Positions 49,371 to 59,504 are shown, numbered from the stretch's first letter. The stretch: DNA of 64,000 nt from Minisyncoccia bacterium (GCA_038230075.1 JBBRNV010000002.1:62215-126214); one strand, 5' to 3'. Numbers and translations are program-made. The notes: generated by a model not told the origin, from the sequence alone.

Positions 49371-51101
49371 TTATTCGATAGTAATAGTCTTATATTCTTT
49401 ATTATTCCAGGCCGGATTGCCTTGATCCATGAAATCAATCTTATCATAATTGAACGTTTTGACCCTGTAATTGGTCCAATTGGCGAAATATGGACGTTCT
49501 TGGCATACAATGCCCGCAATGGCGTCTATTCCGGCCCCTGCATCGATAAAAACCTTATCACACTCATTCTTGAGAAGCGAAACGAGGCCAAGTTTTGCGT
49601 GTCCTGCGCCCACCAAGAAGATTTTAGCTTTTGAAGCTTTGATTTGTGGAATTAGTTTCTGAGCAAGAGCGTCGATGTCGTCTGCTGCACCTTTCTGAGG
49701 AACTTCTACATATTCAGCAAATGATGTAATTCCTAAATATGTTCGATACATGTCTCGTTTTTCTAATTCTTTAATCACTTCCATTTTTTCTCTTCCAGCG
49801 ATGATTCCAATTTCTGTAGGGAAGTTTTTGAAAATCCACTTAGTGCTTACTAGTGCATACACCGCTTCGAGAGGTTGAGCATTAAGAGAAGCTAGTAGTT
49901 TTGCTTTGGCTGCATATACTTCACCTCGCCACTTTTTGTGGAAGAAAATCGCTAGTCGGGGAATGATGCCAAATATACTAAGTACTTTTAATTTTATCTC
50001 AATAATTTTTGACCAATATTTATTTTGATATACAAAATGAAAATTTCGTTTAAAAGCTTTTTGCAACAGTCGTTCAATAAATTCTGATAGCACTAATGAT
50101 CGCCAATCTTTTCGTTCTCGATGTTCAATGGCAGTAGTGATGAGGTCGTGATGCCAAAAGAGCGATTGATGATAAGGAGTGTTTATTTTGTCATACCCAA
50201 GAAGAGTTCCGCGATTTCCTGGCTTTGCACTTCCTTTAGGAATTGCACGAAGAAAGAAAAAGTCTCCATCACTTGCTCTTAGAATGCTATAGCCTTTATT
50301 GTTTGATGCTGCCCACTTTACTTTCTCTGTGAGTGAAATAAATGATTGTTGAAGAGATTGTTTGATTAATCCTTTATCGGTAAGACCTACATGATGACTT
50401 TTGTTGTCAGTATTAATACCCTGTACAAAATATTGGCTGGCAATTGGTGCAAACATTCTTCGCTTGAATACTAAAATGTCGTGAGGCCACCACTGATAGC
50501 CAAATCCGTCGAGGGTATTTTTCATTTCTTCTCGTAATGCATCAGCTGCTTCTTTCCAGTAGACTAACCCTCGTTTTTCAATTTCTCGAATGACATAGTC
50601 TTTTGGTTGGGGATTCAAATGTTGGCCATCATGATCTTCGTGTTGGTTTGACCAGGTTACAAATAAAATATCTTTTGCTGCCTTGCTTAGATTGTCGATA
50701 AAATCTTGCTCACCCTCTTTTTCAATATGTTCACCAACTTCTGAACAATTGACCATGTCATACGCCTTTTCAAACGTAAAAGGCTTTGCAAGATCGGCTA
50801 TGTGAACAACATTTTTAATAATTGGAGCTGCATATTGTTTTGACCATTCAAAATAGTCATACCCAACAACTTCAACATGTGGATTGTTTTCCTTTAATGT
50901 TTCGATCAGTCTGCCGTTATTACATCCTAAGTCTGCAAATGAGTTTACAATACTCATATCAAAGATCTTTGTTAAAGCATTGAAATAGGCCCTGTATGCT
51001 GTCATAGGACGAGTATATTCTTCTTCTTTATATGTATCCTCAACTTCTTTTTTCATGAGTATTTGTTGTTCTTGATTATATACAGGTGGGTACTCAAACA
51101 C
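49371..51101 (-). CDS. Fusion: class I SAM methyltransferase plus GT-D (DUF1792-like) glycosyltransferase domain
   Basis: ADLGCNNG and CSEVGEH in the N-half; LRASDGD, LVGAGHAK, IDAGAGID in the C-half. Confidence 0.65.
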   Translation of the reverse strand: MFEYPPVYNQEQQILMKKEVEDTYKEEEYTRPMTAYRAYFNALTKIFDMSIVNSFADLGCNNGRLIETLKENNPHVEVVGYDYFEWSKQYAAPIIKNVVHIADLAKPFTFEKAYDMVNCSEVGEHIEKEGEQDFIDNLSKAAKDILFVTWSNQHEDHDGQHLNPQPKDYVIREIEKRGLVYWKEAADALREEMKNTLDGFGYQWWPHDILVFKRRMFAPIASQYFVQGINTDNKSHHVGLTDKGLIKQSLQQSFISLTEKVKWAASNNKGYSILRASDGDFFFLRAIPKGSAKPGNRGTLLGYDKINTPYHQSLFWHHDLITTAIEHRERKDWRSLVLSEFIERLLQKAFKRNFHFVYQNKYWSKIIEIKLKVLSIFGIIPRLAIFFHKKWRGEVYAAKAKLLASLNAQPLEAVYALVSTKWIFKNFPTEIGIIAGREKMEVIKELEKRDMYRTYLGITSFAEYVEVPQKGAADDIDALAQKLIPQIKASKAKIFLVGAGHAKLGLVSLLKNECDKVFIDAGAGIDAIAGIVCQERPYFANWTNYRVKTFNYDKIDFMDQGNPAWNNKEYKTITIE

Positions 51102-51123
51102 AAATTGAGGCTTGTATTAAAGG

Positions 51124-52821
51124 TTAATCGATAAGAAAGATTTTCTTTGCAATTGGTCGAGTTTTTGGAAAGAGAAAGATTGCGACGCTATTTCCAAAAT
51201 ATGAAATAAGTGTTGCAAACGCAGAGCCAGCTATTCCATAGTGAGGAATGAGAAGAAGATTGAGTACAACATTTAATACCATGGCAAACAATGAGCTCAT
51301 GAGTACAGCAAACTGATTTCTTTCAGAAATGAAAATTTGATTCACTAAGTAGGTAAGCGATGTGCCAATTCCTGCCCAAATATAAATTTGAAGAACAATA
51401 GCTCCTGGAAGGAAGGCTTCTCCATAGAGAATTCGCATAATTGGTTTTGCGAGTAATGAAACAGGAAGGCTGACACCAACGGCCAGAATGACTAAAAATA
51501 AACTGAGTCTTTTAATTCGACTGAAATATAATGCCTCTGAAGTTTTTTTACTGTTTACAATTGCAGGGTAGAGGGAGCTAATAATGATGCCGGGTAAGAA
51601 ATACCATCCTTCTGCCAAACGCACCGCTGCATCGTATACTCCGACAGCAGTAGTGCTCACCATTGATTTTAAGAGCACCTGATCAATTCGTGAATAGATC
51701 ACTGCAAATCCTGAAGAGATCATGAGAGGAAGTGCGTGGCGAAGCATTAACTTCGCTGTTTCTTTGTCGAAACTCCATTGAAAGATTGATCCATAGTGTT
51801 TGTATCGAATGATGATGTACATAATCATGTACAGAATTGGTTCGATAACAAAAATTGCCGCAAGATAAATTACTCCTTTATTTGCATAGACGGTGTAAAT
51901 TTTAATTGCAGAAAGAATAGCAATAACAAAAATAGAAATAACTGCAGGATATTTTGATTTAACATGAGATTGGAATTCATACGCGATAATATTCCATTGA
52001 TTGAAAAGGTATGAAAGTGAAGCTATGGCAATAAGAAGGAAAGAAAGAGAATCACCATGGAGGGCTCGAGCTACCACAATAAGAATGGCGCTTGTTAAGA
52101 ATCCTGCAATAAACTTGAGTGTCAATGCTGTACCTAAAATTTTATTCTTATCTTCAGGTCGTTCAATTAATTCTCGAAAGAGTATCTGGTCAATTCCAAG
52201 TCCTGCGATAAATGAACAAAGCGTTGCAAAACTAACTGCATAGCTCAATTCTCCGTTGTTCAAGGGCCCAAGATGTCTGATGACAAAAATGTTTGCAATG
52301 AATGATATGCCCAAACTAACAACGCGAGCCGAAAACATCCATCCTGTATTTTTGAAATATTTAAGGAAGCCGGCATCGCTTCGTACATGGTGTGCTGCAT
52401 CATCAAGTCGATATACTAACTTTGTTTTCCAATCTTCCTTTCCTGTCATAACTCGTTTCACTTTAATAAACTCTCCTTTAATGTTGTGAGCGAATAATCC
52501 GTCGGTTAAGTATTTATCACCAATAACAACATAGTCTTTTCTAAATTCTTCGGGAATCTCTTCAATCACTTTTTTACTAGGCTTTCGATGGTGTTTTGAA
52601 ATGAAAAGAATTCCTAATAGTTCTGCGAAGTGGTTATTTCGTTTGTCATCTCTTTTATTTGATGAAAGAAAGACATTATTGTGCTTCTTGAGTAATTCAA
52701 CCTTATTGATTGTTTCTTGATCGAGCGAATGTTCTCCGTCGGCAACGAGTGTTCCGTCAATATCGAGAATGATAGTGTGGTTGTGGATATGATCGACTGA
52801 GAGTTGTTTGAAGAATTCCAT
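51124..52821 (-). CDS. Fusion: HAD (YqeG-like) phosphatase plus Wzx-type flippase
   Basis: ILDIDGTL, SSN, KPS, IGDKYLTD then multi-TM MOP domain (NTGWM, YSRIDQVLL, VGVYDAA). Confidence 0.85.
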   Translation of the reverse strand: MEFFKQLSVDHIHNHTIILDIDGTLVADGEHSLDQETINKVELLKKHNNVFLSSNKRDDKRNNHFAELLGILFISKHHRKPSKKVIEEIPEEFRKDYVVIGDKYLTDGLFAHNIKGEFIKVKRVMTGKEDWKTKLVYRLDDAAHHVRSDAGFLKYFKNTGWMFSARVVSLGISFIANIFVIRHLGPLNNGELSYAVSFATLCSFIAGLGIDQILFRELIERPEDKNKILGTALTLKFIAGFLTSAILIVVARALHGDSLSFLLIAIASLSYLFNQWNIIAYEFQSHVKSKYPAVISIFVIAILSAIKIYTVYANKGVIYLAAIFVIEPILYMIMYIIIRYKHYGSIFQWSFDKETAKLMLRHALPLMISSGFAVIYSRIDQVLLKSMVSTTAVGVYDAAVRLAEGWYFLPGIIISSLYPAIVNSKKTSEALYFSRIKRLSLFLVILAVGVSLPVSLLAKPIMRILYGEAFLPGAIVLQIYIWAGIGTSLTYLVNQIFISERNQFAVLMSSLFAMVLNVVLNLLLIPHYGIAGSAFATLISYFGNSVAIFLFPKTRPIAKKIFLID

Positions 52822-52825
52822 GAGT

Positions 52826-53185
52826 TTATTTTGCAACACTAAAACTTAAGATCATGATGATGCCGATAATAAGAAATCCATAACCAACAATTTGAAGAGG
52901 AGAGATCTTTTCACCGAATTGAAGAAGGGCAAATGAATTGATAATTAAAAAACTTGCTCCAACCATAATAGGATATGCAACACTGATTGGCATTGAACGA
53001 AGTGCGAGAAAATAAAAGAGGGCATTAAGTGCAAAGCAAAAAAGACCAATGATAAATAAATAGTTTGAAGTAATGATACTCAAGCTGAATCCGTTAAAAA
53101 CGATTCCTTTCTGTGCGCCAGCCTTCAACAGAACATTTGCTGTCCCATTCAAGATAAAAGCAATGATGAGAAAAAGAATATACAT
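52826..53185 (-). CDS. SMR/EamA-like small transporter (candidate lipid-linked sugar flippase)
   Basis: 4 TM helices, ANVLLK, PISVAYP, FGEKI. Confidence 0.8.
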   Translation of the reverse strand: MYILFLIIAFILNGTANVLLKAGAQKGIVFNGFSLSIITSNYLFIIGLFCFALNALFYFLALRSMPISVAYPIMVGASFLIINSFALLQFGEKISPLQIVGYGFLIIGIIMILSFSVAK

Positions 53186-53186
53186 A

Positions 53187-54830
53187 CTATGACGTTATTT
53201 TATCCCAGTAGACATTCTTCGAGTCGTTTCGTAGTAATAACTTCACTCCTTTATATGTCACCAACTTATAGTTCTTTGAACACCATTCTTCAAGATTTTG
53301 TGAAGCCCATGAACAATAATGGTTATTAAAAGCGAGATATACAATGACATCAGGCTTCTTTTCTATATATGTATAGTTCAAATCGTATTTATTGTGTCCT
53401 GGAATACTATACATTCCTCGAGGATTCGAAAGTGCGCCAGATAAGTCTGGTGCAAGTGTTGCAATATATGCGTCTGTTTTTCCTAAAGGATCGAGAGAGT
53501 ATCGTTCAGTCAAATATGGAATTGTTCCTGCCCAAAATGATGAGATTGTTGCATTTGGAGTTGTTAACTCGTTGATAACAAGTGAAGTGTCAATATTTTC
53601 TTTGTTATTTCGAGTTTGATAAGGCTCTAGTCTCATGAAGTCGTAGTGATAGTCGAAAGGAATAAGAACAAGAAGGGAAGTGACAATGACGCTTGCGAAC
53701 GCTAAAAATAAATCTTCTCGAAGATGAAATGATTTTTTTAATTTTACGATTGAAAGAATAAATGCAATGAAAAAGAGAATGGTGTACGGAACTGTCATTC
53801 GCCAGAATGGAGGCCACGGATCACCACCTGCCCAAATTTGATACGCAGCATATGCTCCAAAACATAGTGTAAACATGGTGATGTATTTGTACTGATCGAT
53901 AAACAAATTCTTGAGCTTGTTGGTGAAGCTTGTTCCAAACTCCCATATATAGACAAAGAAAAACAGGACAACAGGAATAATAAAGAGTGAAATTCGAGTA
54001 ATGAATGGACTAAAGAACCCTATACCGTTTTTGAGGCGATCCTCGAGTGGCATACCAGTTGCTTTTAATATGTACGTATTTGGATATGAGAGATGATAAA
54101 AATAAAGTCTAAATAGTTGATATCCAATGATAGGAAGTGCGGTAATAATAGCTTCAACAACGGTTGCTAAGATTCCATTCTTTTCTTTATATCGTTGAAT
54201 TGCTCGAAATGCGTAAAAGATAGCAATAAAAAGTGCGCCTTCTGGTCGAGTAAGATATACGAGTGATAAAAGAAGTGCTAGGCCAGAATAAATCTTTCCA
54301 TGACGTATTGGTTTGAGAGACAAAGAAATAATAAAGAGAACGAGGGTGGTGAGAAATCCTGTTTCCATTCCAAAAACTGACCAATAAATAACTGGGTACC
54401 ATGCCATAGTCAAAAGAAGTGATATAAAAAGAATGAAATCACTTCGATCTTCAGGTTTTAACAATGACGTTACAATGTTTTTAACGAGATACACATTCAA
54501 AGCTAAACAAACAACTCCAAGGAGTTGAATAAAAAGCATTGAATAATTTGTTCCAAATACTGCAATTGCTCCTGCCATGATAAATACCATAAGTGGATTG
54601 GTGAATCCTTCAATATGTTCTCCCATATTCCACACCAAGCCATTTCCAAGAACTAGATTATGTGCGTATCTCATTGAAATCATTGCGTCGTCAAAAAGTA
54701 CAAAATGTCTTTGATGATCAATTGCTACATACGATGAACGAGCAACGAGTACTAAAGAGAAAATGATATACAGAGCGAAACAAATCTTAAATAATGTTCT
54801 ATATATAGGTGACGTAAATGTTGTAAACAT
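53187..54830 (-). CDS. GT-C membrane glycosyltransferase (AftB-like pentofuranosyltransferase)
   Basis: LFDDAMISMRYAHNL, GLVWN, EGFTNPL, GMET, LTRPEG, DPLG. Confidence 0.75.
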   Translation of the reverse strand: MFTTFTSPIYRTLFKICFALYIIFSLVLVARSSYVAIDHQRHFVLFDDAMISMRYAHNLVLGNGLVWNMGEHIEGFTNPLMVFIMAGAIAVFGTNYSMLFIQLLGVVCLALNVYLVKNIVTSLLKPEDRSDFILFISLLLTMAWYPVIYWSVFGMETGFLTTLVLFIISLSLKPIRHGKIYSGLALLLSLVYLTRPEGALFIAIFYAFRAIQRYKEKNGILATVVEAIITALPIIGYQLFRLYFYHLSYPNTYILKATGMPLEDRLKNGIGFFSPFITRISLFIIPVVLFFFVYIWEFGTSFTNKLKNLFIDQYKYITMFTLCFGAYAAYQIWAGGDPWPPFWRMTVPYTILFFIAFILSIVKLKKSFHLREDLFLAFASVIVTSLLVLIPFDYHYDFMRLEPYQTRNNKENIDTSLVINELTTPNATISSFWAGTIPYLTERYSLDPLGKTDAYIATLAPDLSGALSNPRGMYSIPGHNKYDLNYTYIEKKPDVIVYLAFNNHYCSWASQNLEEWCSKNYKLVTYKGVKLLLRNDSKNVYWDKITS

Positions 54831-54839
54831 AATGTTTTG

Positions 54840-55874
54840 TTAGAAAAATATTTTAGCTACTTTAAGAATGCCTTGTTTCCATGGAACTCTGTGTGTTACT
54901 CCAGATCTTCCTTCGAAGTTCTTCATGTTTTCTAAATACCACTCATAATTTCGAACCAATGCCTGTTTATTTGAGTATTTGGGCTTATATCCTAAAACTC
55001 TTTCTGCTTTTTCAATTGAAACAAATGAATCTTCAGATGCTGTTTCATATACCCATTTATAAAGTGGTGAAAGTTTCAAAAGTTCAAGAAGGCGAAGTGT
55101 CCATATAATAGGAGTTGCAGGGAGGCCGACAATGTTTCTATGGAATCCTGCTTTATCAAGTACTGCCTGATAGTCTTCTTTCATGGTAGTAAATTCTTTT
55201 GCTCCAATATTAAACGTGTCATTTACTTTGTTTGCGTCGAGAGTTGCACATAAATAAATTGCTTCGCATAAATCTTCAACGTCGAGTAGTTGATATCGAT
55301 TCTTTCCATTTCCAATCATAGGAAAATTCTTTCCATCTTTTGCCCAATCATAAAAGAGTGCAAATACTCCGAGTCGTTCTGGTCCAACAAAAGACTTAGG
55401 ACGAATAATTGGAATACATATTCCTTTTGCTCGATATTCAACACAGAGTGCTTCTGCTTCAATTTTTGCCTTGCCGTATGGTCCAACACCATCAAGTTTG
55501 TCTGTCTCAAGAAGAGGGTGGTGGTCGGGAATTCCGTATACTGCTGTTGATGAGATGTGAACCACTCGCTTAACATCACATGAGAGCGCAGCATCAAGAA
55601 CATTCTTTGTGCCAGCAATATCTGTTGAAAGAATTTCTTCTTCAGAATAAAGAGGAAGGGCAGCAGCGGTGTGAATTACCATATCGACTCCTTTCATTGC
55701 TGTTTCAATATCTGACTTGTTTCGAATGTCTCCAACTATTGATGTAATTTGATCTTTTTCAGGATAGTCAAAAATATCTTTGTCTAAAGAAACAATAGTG
55801 TGGCCCTTCTCAAGGAGAAACCTCACCATGTTGATTCCTAAAAATCCTGATCCGCCGGTAATAAGAAATTTCAT
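54840..55874 (-). CDS. NAD-dependent epimerase/dehydratase (extended SDR)
   Basis: ITGGSGFLG, ISSTAVYG, YGKAK; start ATG 55874. Confidence 0.9.
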   Translation of the reverse strand: MKFLITGGSGFLGINMVRFLLEKGHTIVSLDKDIFDYPEKDQITSIVGDIRNKSDIETAMKGVDMVIHTAAALPLYSEEEILSTDIAGTKNVLDAALSCDVKRVVHISSTAVYGIPDHHPLLETDKLDGVGPYGKAKIEAEALCVEYRAKGICIPIIRPKSFVGPERLGVFALFYDWAKDGKNFPMIGNGKNRYQLLDVEDLCEAIYLCATLDANKVNDTFNIGAKEFTTMKEDYQAVLDKAGFHRNIVGLPATPIIWTLRLLELLKLSPLYKWVYETASEDSFVSIEKAERVLGYKPKYSNKQALVRNYEWYLENMKNFEGRSGVTHRVPWKQGILKVAKIFF

Positions 55875-55881
55875 GACTCTA

Positions 55882-56724
55882 TTATATATGATGATAAAAA
55901 ATGAGATACATGAAGCAAATCCACAAAATTCCACTTAAAAGAAGAATTGGATCAGATACGACGAGCTTTTCAGGATATTCACTTTTATTGCTTGTAAAAA
56001 TAAGAAGGGTGTAACGAATGACACCAAGGAGTACAAAGAAAACTGAGAAGACTGCAAAAGGCGAACTCAAAACTAATACGGTATAGAGACTGTAAGAGAT
56101 AACTGCCAATGTTGAAGCAAGAATTAATAATCCTTTCAAAAATTCAGGAGTGTAGTGTTCAAGTACTGCTCGTTTGTGTTCTTGTTGAAATTCAGAAAGT
56201 CGTTTTCCAACAATGAGAAAGAGTGACATAAAGATGGTGCATAATAAAAGCCATTCAGATATATAGATGGAAGCAGCTATTCCTCCGATAACGATTCGAA
56301 TTAAATAAAAACTAGCGATGAGAAGAATATCAACAACAGCCACGTGTTTAAAATAAAATGTGTAGAGAAAGGTAAGTGCAATATATATGAGCATTACTCC
56401 CCAGATCTGAGGAATAAAGAAGGTGATGAGTAATAGAACAGCAACCGCAAGGCAGCAAAGAAGAGTTAACGCTTGCTTTCGAGAGACCTTTCCAGAAGCC
56501 ACGGGGCGATTCTTTTTTTGACTATGTTTTTGATCTTGTTCGATATCAACAAGATCATTAATGATGTATACACAACTTGCGGTGAGACAGAAGACGACAA
56601 AAGCAATAATGGTTGCATCTACTTTTGCAACATTAAAAATATCTTTGGCAAAGAAAAGAGGAACAAAAATGAAAAGATTTTTGATCCAACTGTACGGACG
56701 AAGCAATGCGACAATGCTAGGCAT
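55882..56724 (-). CDS. Polyprenyl-phosphate phosphoribosyltransferase (UbiA family, DPPR synthase-like)
   Basis: LRPYSWIKNLF, YIINDLVD, KKNRPVASG, GKRLSE. Confidence 0.88.
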   Translation of the reverse strand: MPSIVALLRPYSWIKNLFIFVPLFFAKDIFNVAKVDATIIAFVVFCLTASCVYIINDLVDIEQDQKHSQKKNRPVASGKVSRKQALTLLCCLAVAVLLLITFFIPQIWGVMLIYIALTFLYTFYFKHVAVVDILLIASFYLIRIVIGGIAASIYISEWLLLCTIFMSLFLIVGKRLSEFQQEHKRAVLEHYTPEFLKGLLILASTLAVISYSLYTVLVLSSPFAVFSVFFVLLGVIRYTLLIFTSNKSEYPEKLVVSDPILLLSGILWICFMYLIFYHHI

Positions 56725-56838
56725 AGAGATAAAGCTAAAAATAGCATAAAAGGCGCTAAAGTCTATCTAGAATAGAAAGTTGTTTTTGACAGGCTATTTG
56801 GCACGCAGAGCTCTCAAATGATATAGTGAGAGCCACTT

Positions 56839-59283
56839 ATGAATTTACGATCATTTCTTCGGGGTACCATATTATCAGTTCTTTTATTAGTTCCGTTTGT
56901 AGGATTATTTGTTGATGACGCAGCATACTTTCCATTTATTACAGGAAAGAATGAGCTCTTCAGATTGTTGGTAGATATTGGTCTCATATTGTATGCGTGG
57001 TTGATACTCGATTGTTTATTCAACGCTAAGAGCGCAGATGCCTATAAACAATATATTCCAAAAGTAAACTTAGTGAGTGTTGCATTGTTTGCCTTCATGG
57101 CAATCATTTGTGTCGCTGACATTTTTGGAGCGAGCCCATCAAAAAGTTTTTGGAGTAATTTTGAACGAATGGAAGGATACATTACCTTCCTTCATTTGTT
57201 TGCCTACTTCATACTACTTTCAGCACTTATTAATAAAGAAATGATTTGGCGACGATTGATGCAAACAACACTTATTTCAAGTTTGTTTGTTGGTCTTGAT
57301 GCACTGAGTCGTGCAAAAGATACTATAGGACTTCAGGTTCTTGGACACCGGATATCGCAAGGACAAACGCTTCTCGGAGAAATCACAAAGCTTGGAAGTG
57401 GTGCTCTTCAAGATTACTACACTCGATTATCTAATTATCGACTCGATGGGGCACTTGGAAACTCAACGTATGTTGGAGTATTCGCAATGCTTAGCATCTT
57501 TTTGGCAATCTATCTTTCAGTTCGAATTCTCAGACGATCATTTAAAGAAACTCATGAATTTCATGGTGATTCAGAATACGACGAAGAAAAGCATCAGATT
57601 CCATCAATTGTTGCTATCGTATTATATGTAGCAATTTCACTCTTCAACTTCTATATTCTTTTCCACACAGGAACTCGAGGAGCAATGCTTGGATTCGCAG
57701 TTGGTATTGTTTTTGCAGCATTAATGTTTGCTGTATTTGAAAAGCGAGCACGAAAATTAAAAATGGCTGGTCTCACTATTGTTGTGTTAATTGTTGGTTT
57801 CGTTGGGGGGTTAATGATTTTCAAAGATAGCCAAGTTATTCAGTCGTCTCCACTCCTTAAACGATTCGCAGTTGTCTTCACGACTTCTCCATCTGAACTT
57901 CTTCAGACTGAAGGAAAGGCGCGAACAGGTATTTGGGCAATGGCGTGGCAGGGAACAAAAGAGCATCCACTTCTAGGATGGGGACAAGACAACTTCGGAT
58001 ATGTTTTTAGTAAGTACTACGATCCATCACTTTATAATCAGGAGCAGTGGTTTGATCGAGCACATAATGTATTCTTCGATTGGCTAACAGCCGGAGGATT
58101 TCTTGGTCTTCTCAGCTACCTTTCTCTCTATGGAGTTATCGTCTATGCACTCTGGTACAAACGACAGAATGGAAATCTTATATTCTCATTTGAAGAACGA
58201 GTGATTTTCACCGCTCTTTTGATGGCATACTTTATTCACAACTTCTTTGTATTCGACAGTATTACTAGTTACATTATTTTCTTCTCAATACTTGCTCTCA
58301 CTTCTGAACGAATTAGTACCAAGAAATCTGAACACGAAGCCACTGCTGTTCGAGAAGTTGAAAAGGAAAGTACGCTTGCTATGTTGATCCCTGTTGTTGC
58401 AGGAGTCTTCGCTATCTTCTCACTATATTTCGCAGTGTACGCTCCATATACCGCTTCTCACGATTTGATCACTGCTATTTCTCATCAACCAGATGCAAAA
58501 ACAGGCGTGACTCCAAACTATGACGCATTCGTGGCTGTGTTTAACAAGGGTTACATTGGTCAACAGGAAGGAAGAGAACAGCTTTCAAATACCTCACTTC
58601 AGATTTTCTCAATTCAACAGATTCCCGATGCAGATAAGAAAAAGTTCTATGACTTAGTTGCAAGTGAATACAAGAAACAAATCGAACAAACTCCTAATGA
58701 TGCACGTGTTCGACTTTTCTACGGTGCATTCCTTCAAAATGTTGGAAACACTGACGAAGCAGAAATTCATTTGAAAAAGGCTGTTGAATTATCACCATCA
58801 AAACAAACACTTCGTTATCAACTTGGATACCTCTATATTCAGACTGCAAAATACGACAGTGCTCTTGAACAATTTAAGACAGCATATAACTTAGCTACAT
58901 CTTCAGGTGAATCAGCACTTCTTTATTCACTCTCAGCAATTTACGCAAATAAGCTTGATGTCTCAGATAATTTGTTTGCGTCTCTAAAGACTGCAAAAAC
59001 TAATTCTGTCGATGAAATGCTCGCAAATCTTGATCGAATAAGTGATCCTCGAATTTATCAAGCATACATTCAAACAAAGCATTCTGAGAGGGTTGATGGA
59101 TGGGTGAGAAATCGAGAAGAGGCAATTAACGCATATGTAAGTGCGGGAAGAATCGATATTGCAGCAAGTCGAATTAAGGAATTAATCGAACTTATTCCTC
59201 AGTATAAAGATGTGGGTGAGAAGTATTTACAAGCACTTGGAGTTAGTACTTCAACAAGCACTGCAACTACCGTTAATCCATAG
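56839..59283 (+). CDS. O-antigen ligase / oligosaccharyltransferase-like membrane protein with C-terminal TPRs
   Basis: Multi-TM; LGNS, TGTRGA, HPLLGWG, DRAHNVF; TPR helices. Confidence 0.85.
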   Translation: MNLRSFLRGTILSVLLLVPFVGLFVDDAAYFPFITGKNELFRLLVDIGLILYAWLILDCLFNAKSADAYKQYIPKVNLVSVALFAFMAIICVADIFGASPSKSFWSNFERMEGYITFLHLFAYFILLSALINKEMIWRRLMQTTLISSLFVGLDALSRAKDTIGLQVLGHRISQGQTLLGEITKLGSGALQDYYTRLSNYRLDGALGNSTYVGVFAMLSIFLAIYLSVRILRRSFKETHEFHGDSEYDEEKHQIPSIVAIVLYVAISLFNFYILFHTGTRGAMLGFAVGIVFAALMFAVFEKRARKLKMAGLTIVVLIVGFVGGLMIFKDSQVIQSSPLLKRFAVVFTTSPSELLQTEGKARTGIWAMAWQGTKEHPLLGWGQDNFGYVFSKYYDPSLYNQEQWFDRAHNVFFDWLTAGGFLGLLSYLSLYGVIVYALWYKRQNGNLIFSFEERVIFTALLMAYFIHNFFVFDSITSYIIFFSILALTSERISTKKSEHEATAVREVEKESTLAMLIPVVAGVFAIFSLYFAVYAPYTASHDLITAISHQPDAKTGVTPNYDAFVAVFNKGYIGQQEGREQLSNTSLQIFSIQQIPDADKKKFYDLVASEYKKQIEQTPNDARVRLFYGAFLQNVGNTDEAEIHLKKAVELSPSKQTLRYQLGYLYIQTAKYDSALEQFKTAYNLATSSGESALLYSLSAIYANKLDVSDNLFASLKTAKTNSVDEMLANLDRISDPRIYQAYIQTKHSERVDGWVRNREEAINAYVSAGRIDIAASRIKELIELIPQYKDVGEKYLQALGVSTSTSTATTVNP

Positions 59284-59317
59284 TAGTAGGCAATAAGGCC
59301 TAGAATATAAGCCATCC

Positions 59318-59346
59318 TTGACTTATATGACTAAAGATGCTATTGT
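59318..59346 (+). promoter_or_regulatory. Promoter of sRNA-1
   Basis: TTGACT-17 bp-TATTGT with extended TG. Confidence 0.7.
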
Positions 59347-59350
59347 CTCT

Positions 59351-59432
59351 GTATGTGAGAGTTGTTAATTAATGAGCTAACTCTTAACAAAGTAAATATC
59401 GCAAAAAACCGCCTTTGGGCGGTTTTTTGTTT
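59351..59432 (+). ncRNA. Candidate small RNA 1
   Basis: Promoter, hairpin 59354-59389, single-stranded linker, terminator GCAAAAAACCGCC-TTTG-GGCGGTTTTTTGT; no ORF (ATG-TGA). Confidence 0.6.
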
Positions 59433-59504
59433 TCTTATTTTGACTATATAGAGAAGGTGTAGAGACAAGGGCTTGTTATTTATCGTAAGTTCACTATCAT
59501 ACAT

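Noticed and set aside
59353-59451. ATG-TGA followed by an open frame with a hydrophobic end, suggesting UGA recoding (code 25)
   Set aside because: No in-frame TGA in any conserved gene, TGA is used as a stop at 44606, and the frame crosses a terminator
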